Positions 1-13,413 of a stretch of DNA of 64,000 nucleotides are shown here, piece after piece (within the stretch, counting starts at the first letter, position 1; each line of letters begins with the position of its first letter). Origin of the DNA: Camelus ferus (lineage: Eukaryota); contig NC_045697.1 of the NCBI RefSeq assembly GCF_009834535.1, positions 13,952,001 through 14,016,000 of the forward strand. The letters are read 5' to 3'. A program made the position numbers and the translations under genes. Below the pieces are notes generated by a model that searched no databases, had not been told where the DNA came from, and was given only the letters and a program-made list of their open reading frames with translations.

Positions 1-400
1 TGTGAGAACAAAAATCTGGGAAAATTGTGAATCTTTCTTAATAATGGAATAGTTCAGTGAAGTATGGTGAACCCAAATGCAGCATTATGTAGATATTAAA
101 AATGATGAATTAGAGCCTTCAGCATTGACCTCAGTGGATGTCCATGATATATTATTAAGTGAGAAAAAGATGTAGGCTTTTGGACCTATTATGATTCCAT
201 TTTTGTTTTACTAATTCTGTATACATGGTTATATCAGATTTGAAGATGTTTTATAAACTTAGAGAAAGGGAAGAATGTATGTGGAACTGTTACCTCAGTG
301 TGGGGGTTGTTGATGGGAGGGGGAAGTCACAGCGCTGGACCTTCTCCCTGATTTGTTTGAGTTAGTTTAATTATCATGGATAATGTAGTGATTAAATACA
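1..400 (+). mobile_element. Old LINE-1 (L1M/L1ME-like) 3' region, degraded
   Basis: Motifs such as 'attaaaaatgatgaattagag', 'gatgtccatgatatattattaagtgagaaaaag' and 'atgattccatttttg' resemble old L1M 3' ends. Confidence 0.55.
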
Positions 401-1644
401 AAGTAGAAATACTAGAATTTCAAGCTATTAGAAATGGTCTATTTAGAGTTTCATTGGTATATCCTTTATCAGAGAGGAGGTCAGTACAGAATGCATTGTG
501 ATGCTCTGCATATAGTAGGTGTTCAGTCAATATTTCAATCATTCATTAATTGAAATGTATGGAGAACTCTATATTCAAGGACTTTTAACACCTACATATA
601 TGTATGTGTGTCTCCCTCTTTCTTTCTCTATATGTACATAAAATATTTACTTTTTACAATATACGTCCATGTAAAAATACTTTGAGAGCTATTGCATGAA
701 AGGTACTTTTGTCTCGAAATGACGTCCCTGCTTTGTGTGGACTTCTATCTTCTTGGTGGTGGGAATGAGCCGAGCAAGGATAGTAACAGAGCCTGCAGTA
801 AAGTCACCTACCTCCGGCTTCCTCTCAGTCTCCAAAAATGTGAACTGGGCAAGGCATAGTGAACTTTATGCATTCATTCACTCAGTTACTCCAGGGTTTA
901 TTGCTTGCTACGCCTTATGGGGGAAACAAAGATTTATTCTTGGGTCTTTTGCCTACAAGGAGTTTACAGTTCTGCGAGTTATAAACATGTCATCAATTCC
1001 ATGCCACTTAATTTCTTTCTTTTCAGCATTGATTATGGTTTTATTACATACTTATTATCAACTTTTACCCCAAAATCAACCCCCCCAACCCTTAAATACA
1101 TAGTATAAGGAGGTGAAGCCAGGCGGTGGTTTTGCTGAGGGACCAGAGAAAATGTTCTTATATAAGTTTATACATGATGTTTTTTATGTATAAAAAACTA
1201 AAATAAGATATAGAAGACAGTTTAGAGGTACTATAAAAATGTCTACCATGAGCATTATACTTATTGGACTAAAGATTCTAGTTTAACAAGCCTCAGTGAC
1301 ACTCATCTGCTAACAAAATTTTCTGTCTAATAAAACTTCCATTCTTTAAGCCCAGAATTCTAGTATTCTAGTAGACATTTATTCCCAGGATTCTCATTGT
1401 GAAAGTGTTGGCTTTTATTATATTTATGTTTTATCTAGTTATCTTAAAATATTTAATTATCAAAACTATAAAATTAAGTATTTTGTATAATATAAAATAT
1501 TTCATACTGTTTTTATATGTTTATATTTGTATCTTGAATATTCTTTTGTAATATAACTGCTAGAGTGACTGCCATACATACTTTTAGTTATACATTGCTG
1601 TCCATTGATATATTATCCAATTTTAATTCTTGTGAATATTTTTA

Positions 1645-1790
1645 GGTAGCATTATTCCACTCTGAGCCTCAGTTTCTGCAGCTGTAAAATGGGATATCAG
1701 TAATGCACTTCTGAATTTGTCATGGAAAATACTACTTACCAAGTACACGTAGCCTGCTCCCCGTAACTGGTGGTTTAGCATTCAGTTAAC
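1645..1790 (+). mobile_element. MIR SINE fragment
   Basis: MIR core-like 'ctctgagcctcagtttctgcagctgtaaaatggga'. Confidence 0.6.
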
Positions 1791-4379
1791 CACATACCAG
1801 TATTGTTTGTAATGAATTCCTATTGCAAAGCATCAACTGTGACACTGGCTGCCAGAATGTACTTTTCAGAATCATTCTTTTTCTTCTCATTAGAAGATAA
1901 AAGGACAAATGGTGAGACATTCCTCAAAAGTGTACTTCTCCATGTTGTGACTGATTCTCAAAAAAAGGAAAAAAGACACTTAAATGAAGGATTTCTGTTG
2001 GATTTCTAACGATAGAGAAGAAGCATTTTCCAAAATGCTGATATGTTGTAATGTAATGATGCGTTCTTTGGGGAGATGGTCCATTTTTTGCACATTCATC
2101 ATGGCTCTCAAAGTGAGTAAGGATGAAAAGCATGTAGTACTTGCCTTGTTCTTACATCAGAAGAATTTTTTCTTTTGTCCATTTTATGCTTGTTTCCAAA
2201 GGCTTAAAATGAAAGCTTTGTTTCTGCAATAATGGCTTAGTGTAGGCTTACATTGTTGATCCCCTCAGTAGATGCAATGTAATCCACTTTGGTAATGTGA
2301 ATTTTTAAACAATCATCGGCCTTTGCCATTAACCCTTCTCTCCTAATGATAATACTCTACAAAAACTACAAAGGAACCCAGGCCCAGCTTAACATTAGAC
2401 TTGGAGCGCACTTAGCTGAATTTGCATTTCTTATTTTAGTAGCAGTGAATTGCTGAGCATATGTTGAACTTCATCAATACCAAATGTAGAATAGGTGATT
2501 GTGAAACTAATGTTCAAGTGCAAGCATTCAAATACAAACACGGGAAACTCGGGGAAAATAATGATGAAACGAAGCAAAAGGGCTTTCCAGTCCAAAACTC
2601 CCCTTAAAGGGGCTTCGGCCGCTGTTGCTTTTTGCAATATTTTTTAACTTGACCTGTTGCTTTGCTTAGTTCATTGTAGTGCAAATGTCTCGAATAAAGC
2701 TGTACATGAGTCATTTTTTTTTTCCCTCCTCAGTTCAGGCTACTTGGATAATAGCGCACTTTGAACACAAGCATGGGAACCTATTGAATGCTTCCTGCAT
2801 AAAGCCTTAGAGCTTGCCTCAGCAGCCTGACATGTTTCTTTAGGAAAGAGAAATGGTAAATTAGCTCGGGGTAATTTTATTGCATGACATATTTCCAAAC
2901 TAACTTTGAGAATGCATTTCCACTTAGTGTTTAGATTCCACTTTGGGGACTTCAGAAAGGTTTCCTGCATTTGGTTAAGTTAATATAGTTGGTGGACGGC
3001 TAAATTAAGATGTTCTTCAGGGATTTGTAGATATTTAAAGTTTTACCTAAAGGAGAGAGGACTTCACCGCTACTCGTATTGAAGCTGCAATACTGGATGC
3101 CTTCAGGGCTGTGGGTTTAATAAACAAAAGATCTGTCACTGAGCTTGGTGTGCGGTAGGGGGTAGCTGTAATTATATACTTTAAAAGGGAAAAGACTGTT
3201 GTTATTATTTTACATTTATTGAGTGCCAACATTTTGCAATGTGCTGTACCTAATGTAGAATTAGACACAGTCCTTGCCCAATGGACTATCTATTTAAATT
3301 AGACACAATCTAAATATTTCTCTTAAGTAGTTCCTGTGTTTTCAGATTTGTTACACAGTCCATTGTCCAAGTACAGAAATATTATTGTACTTGCAAATGT
3401 TGTTTAAAACTACGACGGCTCTCAAAGACAGGTGGGAAAATGAGACGCGATGATTAGACTATAAAATCGTGCATGTTTTTGAGGTCTTTTCCTTTAACTG
3501 TTATTATAGATCTAACTTGAAATGGGAAGCAGGAGAGGTGTTACATTTAGAAAAGGATGGATATATCCTTTTGATTTTTACTTTGGGGAGAAAAAAATTG
3601 CAGTTTAATATTAAATGCCACCAATTTACTTAACTGAGTTTGGAGTTTTATTTATTCGTGTGTTTGTTAAATTTTTATTTATGTATGTATGTATGTATGT
3701 GGTTTTTAGCTAACTGCAGTCTGAAATTCCATGAGGGCCAGCATCACATGGTCTAGTCCAGTGCTCACTCATTAAAAGTTGTTGAATGGGTGAAGGAAAT
3801 GGGCTTGCAAATGGACTTTCATGTTAGCCATTGTTTTCTCATGACTCTGAGTTTAGAGCCCGAGGGGACAGTGCTATACTGGCTTTGGACCAGCACTAAA
3901 GAAACCCAAACAACAACAAAAACAAAAACCTTCCTGGGAATACCTTCAAAGAGCCATGATTTGGAATGTCTTCCCTCTGATAAAGATGTTTCTCATCTCT
4001 CAGCAAGGCTCAGGCGTAAAGATTCAGCAGATATTCTGGGGCAGTGAGAGTCCTCAGGGCTGTCGTGATCCCCACCAGTGATCAAAGGGCCCTTTCACAC
4101 CGGATGCCTGGTTTCAAGGCGGGTTAGTCACCATATCCAGCAGTCAGCGTACTGATCTGTTGTGTGGACACGCACAATTTCTCTTAACTCTGTTGTGAGT
4201 AAGGCTGGTATTAGGGAACATGTGCAGATAAACATAGAGCAGAATATGTCAGTTGGCCTGTTTATGTATTTGGCTTGTATATTGTGACGATTTCATGCCG
4301 ACGGCTGCCCCCAGCATCTTCATTCAGCTCCATCCTGATTTCACACAGTGCACAGCAATTCTCAGTTGCCAGATGTAGC

Positions 4380-4580
4380 TCTTCTCTCAGGGAGTAGAAA
4401 TGAGGAGCCTTGATGTCACAGCGGAATCATCCAGCCATAAGTTGCATCTCTGGCCTGCTACTTACCACCTAAATCCAGTTCCCTTTTCTAAGCTCTGGGC
4501 TCTTTAGATGTAAAATGGGGATAATAACGGTACTGAGCTCTTAGAATTTGTGTGACAATTAATCTAAGCTATGTACTTTG
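4380..4580 (+). mobile_element. MIR SINE fragment
   Basis: 'tgtaaaatggggataataacggtact...ttgtgtgacaattaa' matches the MIR core and tail. Confidence 0.55.
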
Positions 4581-4899
4581 AGCCTAACCACTCTATTGTT
4601 ATTACTATTACTACTATTATAGATGATAATCTATTTATCTTACAGCGTCATTGTCAAGTACAAATATCAAAAGATCTGTTGCACATACACTCATGATTTT
4701 AATTTAAAATGCAAAATATTGGCGTTAAAAGCAAGTTTATAAGCAGTTCTCGTTCTGATGTGCCAGCAGTACAAAAGTGAAGTCTTCCGACCCAACTGAA
4801 CCCTAATGCTTTCCCATTTAAGCCTTGACTTCTCACTTTCAGTCATGGCCTCACTCTCTGCTTTGGTGAGCGTCTGACCCAGTTTCCTGAAATGTTTCT

Positions 4900-6370
4900 T
4901 CTGTTTTCCTCTGGACCTTTCTCCTCCCCTCCTGTTTCAGAATACAAAAAGTTTCTGTAACATTTGAAATCAATGATTACATCTTACCTTCATAGTCTAC
5001 TGTTGCTCCTCCAGTCTCTCCATAGCCCATCTTTTCCCCTTTTTCACTTGTTTCTCCTTTTTGATCTACTTGTGTCTACTCAGCACACGCTCTCTTCTCT
5101 CTGAATCTTGGTGGATACTGTGTTCTGAATGTTCACTTGTTATCTGATCACCAAATCCGACGATCTCTTTAATCACTTACCTTTCTTCCCCGTCCCAGCT
5201 CTCTGTTACTCCTCTGTGCTTTTGGAAGGTAATGGAAGGTTTTTCTTCTTCTGTTTTGAGCCTCCCATCACTCCCCACCCTCCTTCACTAACATGTAGGC
5301 CTTATATCAAATGTTACATTCTGTACGTGACGCACGGATCTGTATATCACACTCCAATCCGTATCTCATGTTCTGGGCCTTTTATTTCTGACTGTGCCGA
5401 CACGCCCATCTGTCTGTTTCTGAGGCGACTCCAGCCAACCATCTCAAAGCCCAGCTTACCACCTTTCCTGTAAACTAGCTTCTCCTCGTGTTTTTCCTTT
5501 TTCTGTTAATGATCCCCAAATTCCCCTTCAATGCCCAGGCTCTAGATCACTGAGACATTTGATAACCAATTGATTGTCAAAATTCTGCTGATTCTTCCTG
5601 CATCTCTGTCCTTCAGATCTGCCACTCCCCTTGCTTTCTCTGTGCCTGGCTTGCACTATCTCTTGCCTCTGCTATTAGCAGGAAATTTCTCCCTGGCCAC
5701 ACCGTTTCTAGTCTTCGTAGGAAATGAGAAGCCACAAAATCTAAATGCCTTCCCCAGACATTCAAGGTAATAATCCTGCAATGACCAGCTTCCAATCTAG
5801 TGGCCAGGAGACCTAAACACACAGAGATTATTTCCCGCCTCTAGGGCCCACCTAGGCTGCATAGATGAGATACTTTTCCAAGAGAATCCATGAGAAATAC
5901 CGTATAACACTTACTGCCCGTGCACTGGATTGAAGTCATGAGGGAAGATTCACAAAGCATCAAGTGCACAGGAGGATCCCCCTCTGTTCAGGCCAGTCAG
6001 ATTCCAGTTTTATGTTTCCTGCTTTCCTCTCTCCTGGACCTCCCCTTCACACGTAGCCCTTTATGATCGCAGGGTCCTCTGTGTCTCTCATATTGTTCAT
6101 CATTTTTCTGTTTGTTTAATCCAACCATTTTCTCACAGTCTAGGCTTACTTCTCACTTCCATGAAACTCTTCTGAAATGAAATCTTTAAGTGTTTATTTC
6201 AATAGTGATCCTATTTCTTTAAAAGTGATCATGCATTATTCTCTTTAATCATTATAGTTCATGTCTTATGCCCCAAAATAAGCTCTAGGAAAAGAAAGTC
6301 AATGTCTAAGACCCATTTTAATTCCCCGTAGTGTCTAGCACCGGGCTTCTTTATGGTCTTTGATGAGTTT
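4900..6370 (+). mobile_element. LINE-2 fragments, highly degraded
   Basis: Pyrimidine-rich L2-like tracts ('aatgcccaggctctag', 'aaattctgctgattcttcctg', 'ccccgtagtgtctagcac'); boundaries uncertain. Confidence 0.45.
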
Positions 6371-6499
6371 TCAGGACCACACTCACTAATGGTATTGAGC
6401 TTCCTGAGCTCTTTATTGCCCCTTGTCAATAGGACGTCACCTAACCATTGCTCTTAGGGACACCGAGTTTATCAGTGGATTAAATAAATAAGTACCTCT

Positions 6500-6660
6500 T
6501 TAAAGTAGCTTCAGAGTGTGCAGAGTACTTTCATAGAAACACGTCACTAGATCATCATAAAAATCCTGTGATGTAAGTACTTTTATTATTTCCATTTTGC
6601 AGATGAAAGGGCTAAATATCATGTTTGGCAGTAATACTGTCCATGTGAATACATAGCATG
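6500..6660 (-). mobile_element. MIR SINE fragment
   Basis: 'aatcctgtgatgtaagtacttttattatttccattttgcagatgaa' is the reverse MIR core. Confidence 0.55.
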
Positions 6661-7174
6661 GAGATTAGAGCAGGACCCTCCCACACAGGCCAACATACTA
6701 ACAATTTAATGCTCTCTGTAGAAGGTTTCAGCTGAAATGTATATTGTGACCTTGGATTTCCAGAATATTCATTCATATCAGGGTTCTGATATCTTGCTTT
6801 CCAGGCAAGAGTAAGCTAGCCTTTTCAGTCAAATGTAGTTGAAGAGAGTAATACAGATAGAGAAGAGAGTGGATTCTGTCTTTGAATGAAGACATTAACA
6901 TTTAAGGGATTGTAAACCATTATCAGAATAAATGCCTATATGTATACAATTCATATTTAAAATTAACATAAAGTAAGATCCTTAGGCATATAAATTGAAT
7001 CAACAAGATTCAAAAACTTTTTTTTTTACATTATGACAAATAGACAATAGGTACAAGTTTAAATCTTAGTTTTTGTTCTGAGGGTTTTTTCGCAACGGAA
7101 GCAGAAGAGGGAAATAATCCAGTATATATGTAGATCCCACAGTTCAGCCAAAATAGAACTTGCCCTTAATGTTC

Positions 7175-7213
7175 TATGGAAAAGGAGTATTCCGTATGGA
7201 AAAGGAGTATTCC
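7175..7213. repeat. Perfect 19-bp tandem duplication
   Basis: TATGGAAAAGGAGTATTCC occurs twice, separated by one G. Confidence 0.9.
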
Positions 7214-8029
7214 AATTCAGTTAGCTATAGAACCCTGCCGGCCATAGAAAATATATCTGGCTGGACAGAGTCAAGATTATCATAGGGAATGCAGGTAGAT
7301 AGAAACTTTTATAAGCTAAATTCAGTTACTATGTCACTTGAAGAATTACCGCAAGATAGCGTGTTGCTATTTCCTCTTTAATCTTCCCATGTGTCTTGCA
7401 CAGTGTAGTGCATATAGTGTGTGTTCAATTTGTATTTACTACATCATTTACTTTACACCTAAAACAATGTTTTTAATTTCTAAGTTCATACCATGACCCT
7501 TAGGCGCGCTTTGGAGAACTTTTGGTTAATGACAACTAAATTTTGCAAGAAGGGGAAGAAATAATAAAATGGGAGCAGTCGTGAGAAAAAAAAAGATGAA
7601 GCAAATTAAAAGCACGAGACTAGTGAAATGGAGCTTGCTCAAAATACCTAAGATTGGCTGTTCATCATGGCACAAGCAAACCAGTTTGAGGCCAAACCAT
7701 GCGACATTTGAGACCCCTGGAATAGAAGACCAGGTCACCGTCTGGGCATTGACCTCGCTGGTTTGGCTACTTTCATGTTCCCAGGGCATTGTGGCAATTT
7801 GGATAAACTAAAATGTTGTATTGGTGAAACGCTGCTCATTCTGACCAGGCATTTCCCTGCTTTTCTTCCACTGGTATTAGAGCAGAGGCATTGATTATGG
7901 TGATATTCTTTTCCAAAGCTCGTTTAAAATAGTAGATACATGAAACCAAAGGGCAAAAAAGCCTGCAAGTCCTCAATAAGCCTTGAAAATAGAATCAAGA
8001 ATTGAAAAGCCATGGGAAGGAGCCCAAGC

Positions 8030-8190
8030 AGCCCACCTCACCCCCCCCTTCCTCATCTCTCTTCTCCTTTTCTTCTCCTCTTCCCTTTCTCTTTCCTTCT
8101 CCCCTTCCTGACCTCTCTTCCCTCCTCCTTCCCTCACCCCTCTGCCCCTTTCCTCCCTTTCTTCCCCTCTTCCTCCATCTTATCCTTCGC
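8030..8190. repeat. Polypyrimidine (CT-rich) low-complexity tract
   Basis: About 160 nt almost entirely C/T on the + strand. Confidence 0.85.
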
Positions 8191-11100
8191 TAAGTGCAAA
8201 GAGACACATGAGTAGAAGATGGCTTTCTAACTGCTCTCTAGTTTATCTCCCTTCTGTGTGAAGGAGCAGCCCAAACTCAAGAAGATAATCTCAGAACAGT
8301 GTTTGGTAAACAAGCATCTTATAGGACACCTTTAGTCTGCTGTCCAGCTCTGTTCCAGTGAACTGTGGCCAATGGCACAGGGTCATGAAATACAAACCCA
8401 CCCCTATTATTGGAGAAGGTGGGGGTAAGGTGAGGCAGGTTTAAAAAGAAGAAGGAGAAGGAGACAAAAAGAAAAGAAAATGTCAATTTCAGCTCAGCAA
8501 ATATCCTGAAAATTATGGGCTACCCCAATCATTCGTCCAAATTACTACATTAGATTGCCAAAATGGAGCTTACCTACGTCATTTGCATTTATCCAAATAT
8601 TTTGTCCTCAACTTGACCAGGGTTTGTTATTAGCCCTAATTAGAACATTAACAGTTGTAATTTTGCTAGGAAGGACACCATTTATTCTTCTTAATTCCTA
8701 TATCAGATTACTCAAGTGGAGTATACCTGCATTATTTATTCTAAAGCATTGCCTTTACATAATATTTACAAGGATTTTGCCCCAAGTTTCATCAAAGTTT
8801 GTTTTAAGAAATAGCCTTAAATAGAACATTTGCAGTTTAGTAATTTTGACAAAAGGAACACCATTCCTTCTTTATGCTGATTGGTATCTCCGGTTTAAAT
8901 ATCAAAACAAAAAAAAATTCCTTTTTGAATTCAGAACTAAAAGAAAAAATTAGCTCCTGATGAACTGGTCTTCCTTTGTATTTGACCATAATTTTATACA
9001 TGTTATGTTATCAAAAAATATTTGCTTCCATGCTTCCATGACAGAATAAATAAAGGAATGAAAGAATCCATTTTAGCTTTTGCTTTGCATACCAGAAACC
9101 CAGTGCTCAGTTTTGTGTGAAATGGCAGTAGCTTTTCTTAGGTAAGTGTTGCTGCTATAGTCTTGCTCACCCTCATTTACTATTTTAATGTTCTTTTATG
9201 ATTTTACTCTATCTATGCCCTTCAAAAATCTGTTTTGGAAGTAGCTGGCGTATAAATTGCATAAAAAAATAAACTGCATATTCTGACATTTACAGTTGTA
9301 ACAATAATTCCATGTTAAGGATGATTCAGTCTGAAAGTAAAGTTATTACATATATGTCTAAATATATTTTAGAATTATTTTGATCGCTACATAGCTTTTC
9401 TAGGATGCTAGTGTTTCTTGTTTTGTTGGTTTACTTCCCATCAAAACATGCATAATGACTCAGTTTGGCTAATTTTATCAAACCCATGTTTTGAAGGGTA
9501 TTTAACTCTCTTGAATCCTCTCACAGGCCTTAAATTTTCTTAGTTGTACCAATTCCAATATGGAGTTCTTTATGCCCAAAAGTATAGCTCCCCATCAGGC
9601 TCATTTCAGTCTGTAAGCTTGTGTTCTTCCTGGATCTCTTTGTATTTGCATGCTTTTTTACCACGCTCTCTCTTCTCTCTGTTTCCCAACCATTCCATTT
9701 CTGTCTTGTCTTTCAAAACCTGGCTTAGGCTTAACCTCTGTTGGTAAGACTTACTTAATGAACTCTAAGTGACTCTTATTCCACGTCTCCTTCGAATTAT
9801 CTACTCAGTTTTTACTCTATTAATTCGCCCTTATTTGTATGACAAGTTGAAAGCATTCTGAAGCCTTTTTTTTTTTTTTAAAGTACAAGAATGAGTTCTG
9901 ACTCTCCATTTAGAAAATTTGCTAATTGTTTCTCAGACTGTGTCTTCTTTTCCTTTTTATATTGTCCCCGGAACACATAGTTCAATGTTCCATGGGATAA
10001 AGGCATGTTCATTAAATGATGTTGGCTCTTAGCCGCTCAGATTAAAACATAGAATATTGATGATATCTGTCATAACAAACATGTTTTTAGGAATGAAGGT
10101 GATAATTGTTTCCAGGAAATTTAAATTCAGACTTAGAGAGGTGAAGTGCAGCGTGATTTTTGACCTAGCTGTACATTCAACCATTTCTAACAACAGGTTT
10201 CTAAGCTGGTTCCTTTGTTTCTCCTCCTATTATTCATGTTCTTTCCAGACTGATGGAGGCATATGGCTTTAATTATCAAGTATATGCTGAGGATATGCAG
10301 AGCTGCAGCTTTTTCCTGACTTTCCTAATGAAGCTAGTTCCTAACAGCAACATTTGCCAGATTATTTTATTGTATTATGACATTAAACATGGACCAGCTG
10401 AAATCTAGCTAATTGGGAATGATACCGTTTCCCCTAACTGCTTATTTATTTTCCAGGAAACTAATTTAGTTTGGTTATAAAATGAAACCTCATAACTCAG
10501 TATACATGAGTTTGGTCATATAATATCGATAGCTAGGCTGAACAAAATCCTATAAATAAATAAACAAAACTTCTGAGAAACTGTGTTTAAAAAAATGAAT
10601 AAATGTAGCCTTATTGCTGTTACTTACAGCCTTTAAGACTGGACGTAACATTGAATACTTGTTTTCCGGCCTTTTCAAAATGAATTGGCAAGTGTTATTT
10701 GTAATTAGTGAGTTAATTAAAAGCAGTTAATTTTATTTCACTGGAAAATAGGCAAAACTTGCTCCTTATGCTTAAGTAATATGTTTCAAAACATTTTTAT
10801 AGCTCAAATTTAAATATAAATGTTCCAAATGTAGTTCATAGTTATTATAGGTATCAAAACTTTAAAATTACATGAAATCATACAGCATTGGTCACCAACA
10901 GCCCACCCCTGTAATAAACATTATTTATCTTATTTGAATTGTGGCAATCTGTTTTCTGTCAAAGAAGAATCTATGTTGCTTGTTTCATATATGTTAAATT
11001 TTTTAAAAGAATGATAGTAGCCTGAAAGATGTTTACAAATTTGGAGCTTCAGTTTCAATCTCATGGCCACATATTAATTTTAAAAACAATTTCAATGACT

Positions 11101-13413
11101 ACATGGAACATGATGCATTGGCTTTTAGAGTGTATTGTACATCAAAGAGTTGCAGAATGGGAGAGAGTCATCAAGATCCTAGTGAGTGCAGTGATAATCA
11201 AAATGTGTTCCAGGGAACCTCAAGTTTCCTTGGAACTATACCCCAGGAATTTCCAGGGAGAAGAAAGGAGGTGATGGTCATGTTGGAATGTCTACTTCAG
11301 TTCTTTTAATGGTTTTAATGCAGACGTAGAATTCAACCCATAAATTTTGAACACTGTGAGCCCAATAACTTCTTTTAATGAGAAGCTATCCAGACAAGTG
11401 AAGTAATTTGACAAATAGCAAATAAATATATTTTCCTAACACATTCATTTGAACCCAGTACTGTGAACTCTTAGATAACTTCCCTTTCACTGCAAGGATA
11501 AAACCCTAACCCATAATTGTTCCTCGAACAGTCTGAGCTGGCTTAATAGTTATGTGGACAGAGCGTTTGTTTCTTATTTTCATTTGCAATAAAAATAACC
11601 AGACAGGCACTAATTATTTGCCTGTGAATGAGGTACTTAGGGTCATAACTAATCCCACTAGTTCACATTCTTCATTACAGGGGGACAGGCTTTCCTTGGC
11701 TTACCCACCTGCTTAAGGTTTTGTCAGATTGTGTGCCTACTCTAATGTTGTCATTTTTTATTTTCTCCTTTGCAATCTTTCTTTTCCTTCTCCCACTTAG
11801 GTTTTTGCTTTGTTATGTTTTGTTTTGTTTTGTTTCCACTGAAACCTTACATCATTAGCACTGCTCTACAAACTTTCTCATTTTGCATCTCAGTGACCAC
11901 AACATTAGCAGCATTGGCTCTGCAAATCTAGCTGAGTGGTCAGTTGACTTTGTGGTTCTTTTCTCATCAGCTGTTTGGTGTATAAATTTTTCTTTTCAAC
12001 TAGTTTAGAATGAATCAATATTCCAGGAAATAGCACAGCTCAAGTCAGTTGAGTCTGCCATCCTCATCTCCTCATAGAACTTGATTTCTGTTTGAGGTCT
12101 TTAAGTGCCCCTGAAACGTAAATGTAATTGTACAAAGTGTGAATAAAAACAAGGTGTTTGGTGATAATGATGTGGTGTTAGATTAGCACTATTGTGAATT
12201 ATTTTTCTTTCATAACATTGCATCAGCTTGTTTTTTGAAAAATGGGTTGTTCTTTTCATTTGAGTTTTGTCCTAGAGGGTAGGGAGAATGATACTTGCTG
12301 ATTCCAAAACACGTTTGAAAGGAAAAAATAACTAATAGCTTTAATGCACTTAGAATCCATGATGTGTTATATTCATAATAACTGTATAATCCCCCAAGAT
12401 AGTTGTTTATGTTTGTCAGCATATGCTCACTGTCATTTCTCATGCTTGGTTTTGGGACTTTTTTGATTTGGGAAGGGTATTTTCTTCCTTTCTGCAGAAA
12501 AATGATGCTATGGGAGGAACATGTATAATAGTAGGATTCTAACAGATAATTATAATGAAGTTAAGACATGAAATCATGACCTTATGGATTTAAAATGGTC
12601 TTCTGGATTATTTGGTCCAACTTTTGACAAGGAAACAAAAGGCATAAAATATAGGTAAATTTGTAAAGTCTCAGAGTCAAGACTGGTTCCCCTGATTAAA
12701 TTAAAATTAGGTTTCCAGTTGCAGCTGTCTTTAAAGTAAGACTATAAGAAAATCATCAAAAACAAACAAAACTTGCAGTAGACAGTTAAACTGCTATATG
12801 TAAGAAAATGCAGCTTTTTACTGAGGACAGACATATGTCACTGTATTGTAAACTCGTTCTTCATTTTTGCAAAAAGCACTATTAGAGTTAGTGGTTGTTT
12901 AGTTGTTACTCAGTGTCTTTTGTGACACCAGGCATGTTTTTTAATGTGTTATTTTCAGTTAAATTCCATATGGATTTCTGTACATTCACATAAGGAACAG
13001 TATTATAGAGAAAGGAAATTATGATGACACAGGAAAAAAAAAGTCCTACTTGGAGACAAAAAAAAAGCAAATGTATCAGAAGATGGCACTTTCTAGATAT
13101 AAAACTAATAAATACATGTTACAGCTATTGCCATCAAATGATATTTATTTACAAAAGCATGTACGGGTTTGTAAGAGTAAATTAGTCAAGTAGTGGTTAG
13201 GAATATTGCAGTCATCTTGAAAAACCAAGTGTTCTATATTGTTATTATAATTTAAAAATCAATTTTAATAAGTATGTTTGTTTTCAAATAGTAATTACAG
13301 TTAATTATAGCTAACATGTCCTTGAATACTGTGGTGCCTGTCTCTGTACTGAGAACTTTTTATGAATTTGCTCTTCTATTTTTTTCTTATGTCAATCTTT
13401 GGTACTATATTTT

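Noticed and set aside
735..1103. 122-aa ORF
   Set aside because: Non-ATG start, partly overlaps L2-like sequence, no recognisable domain
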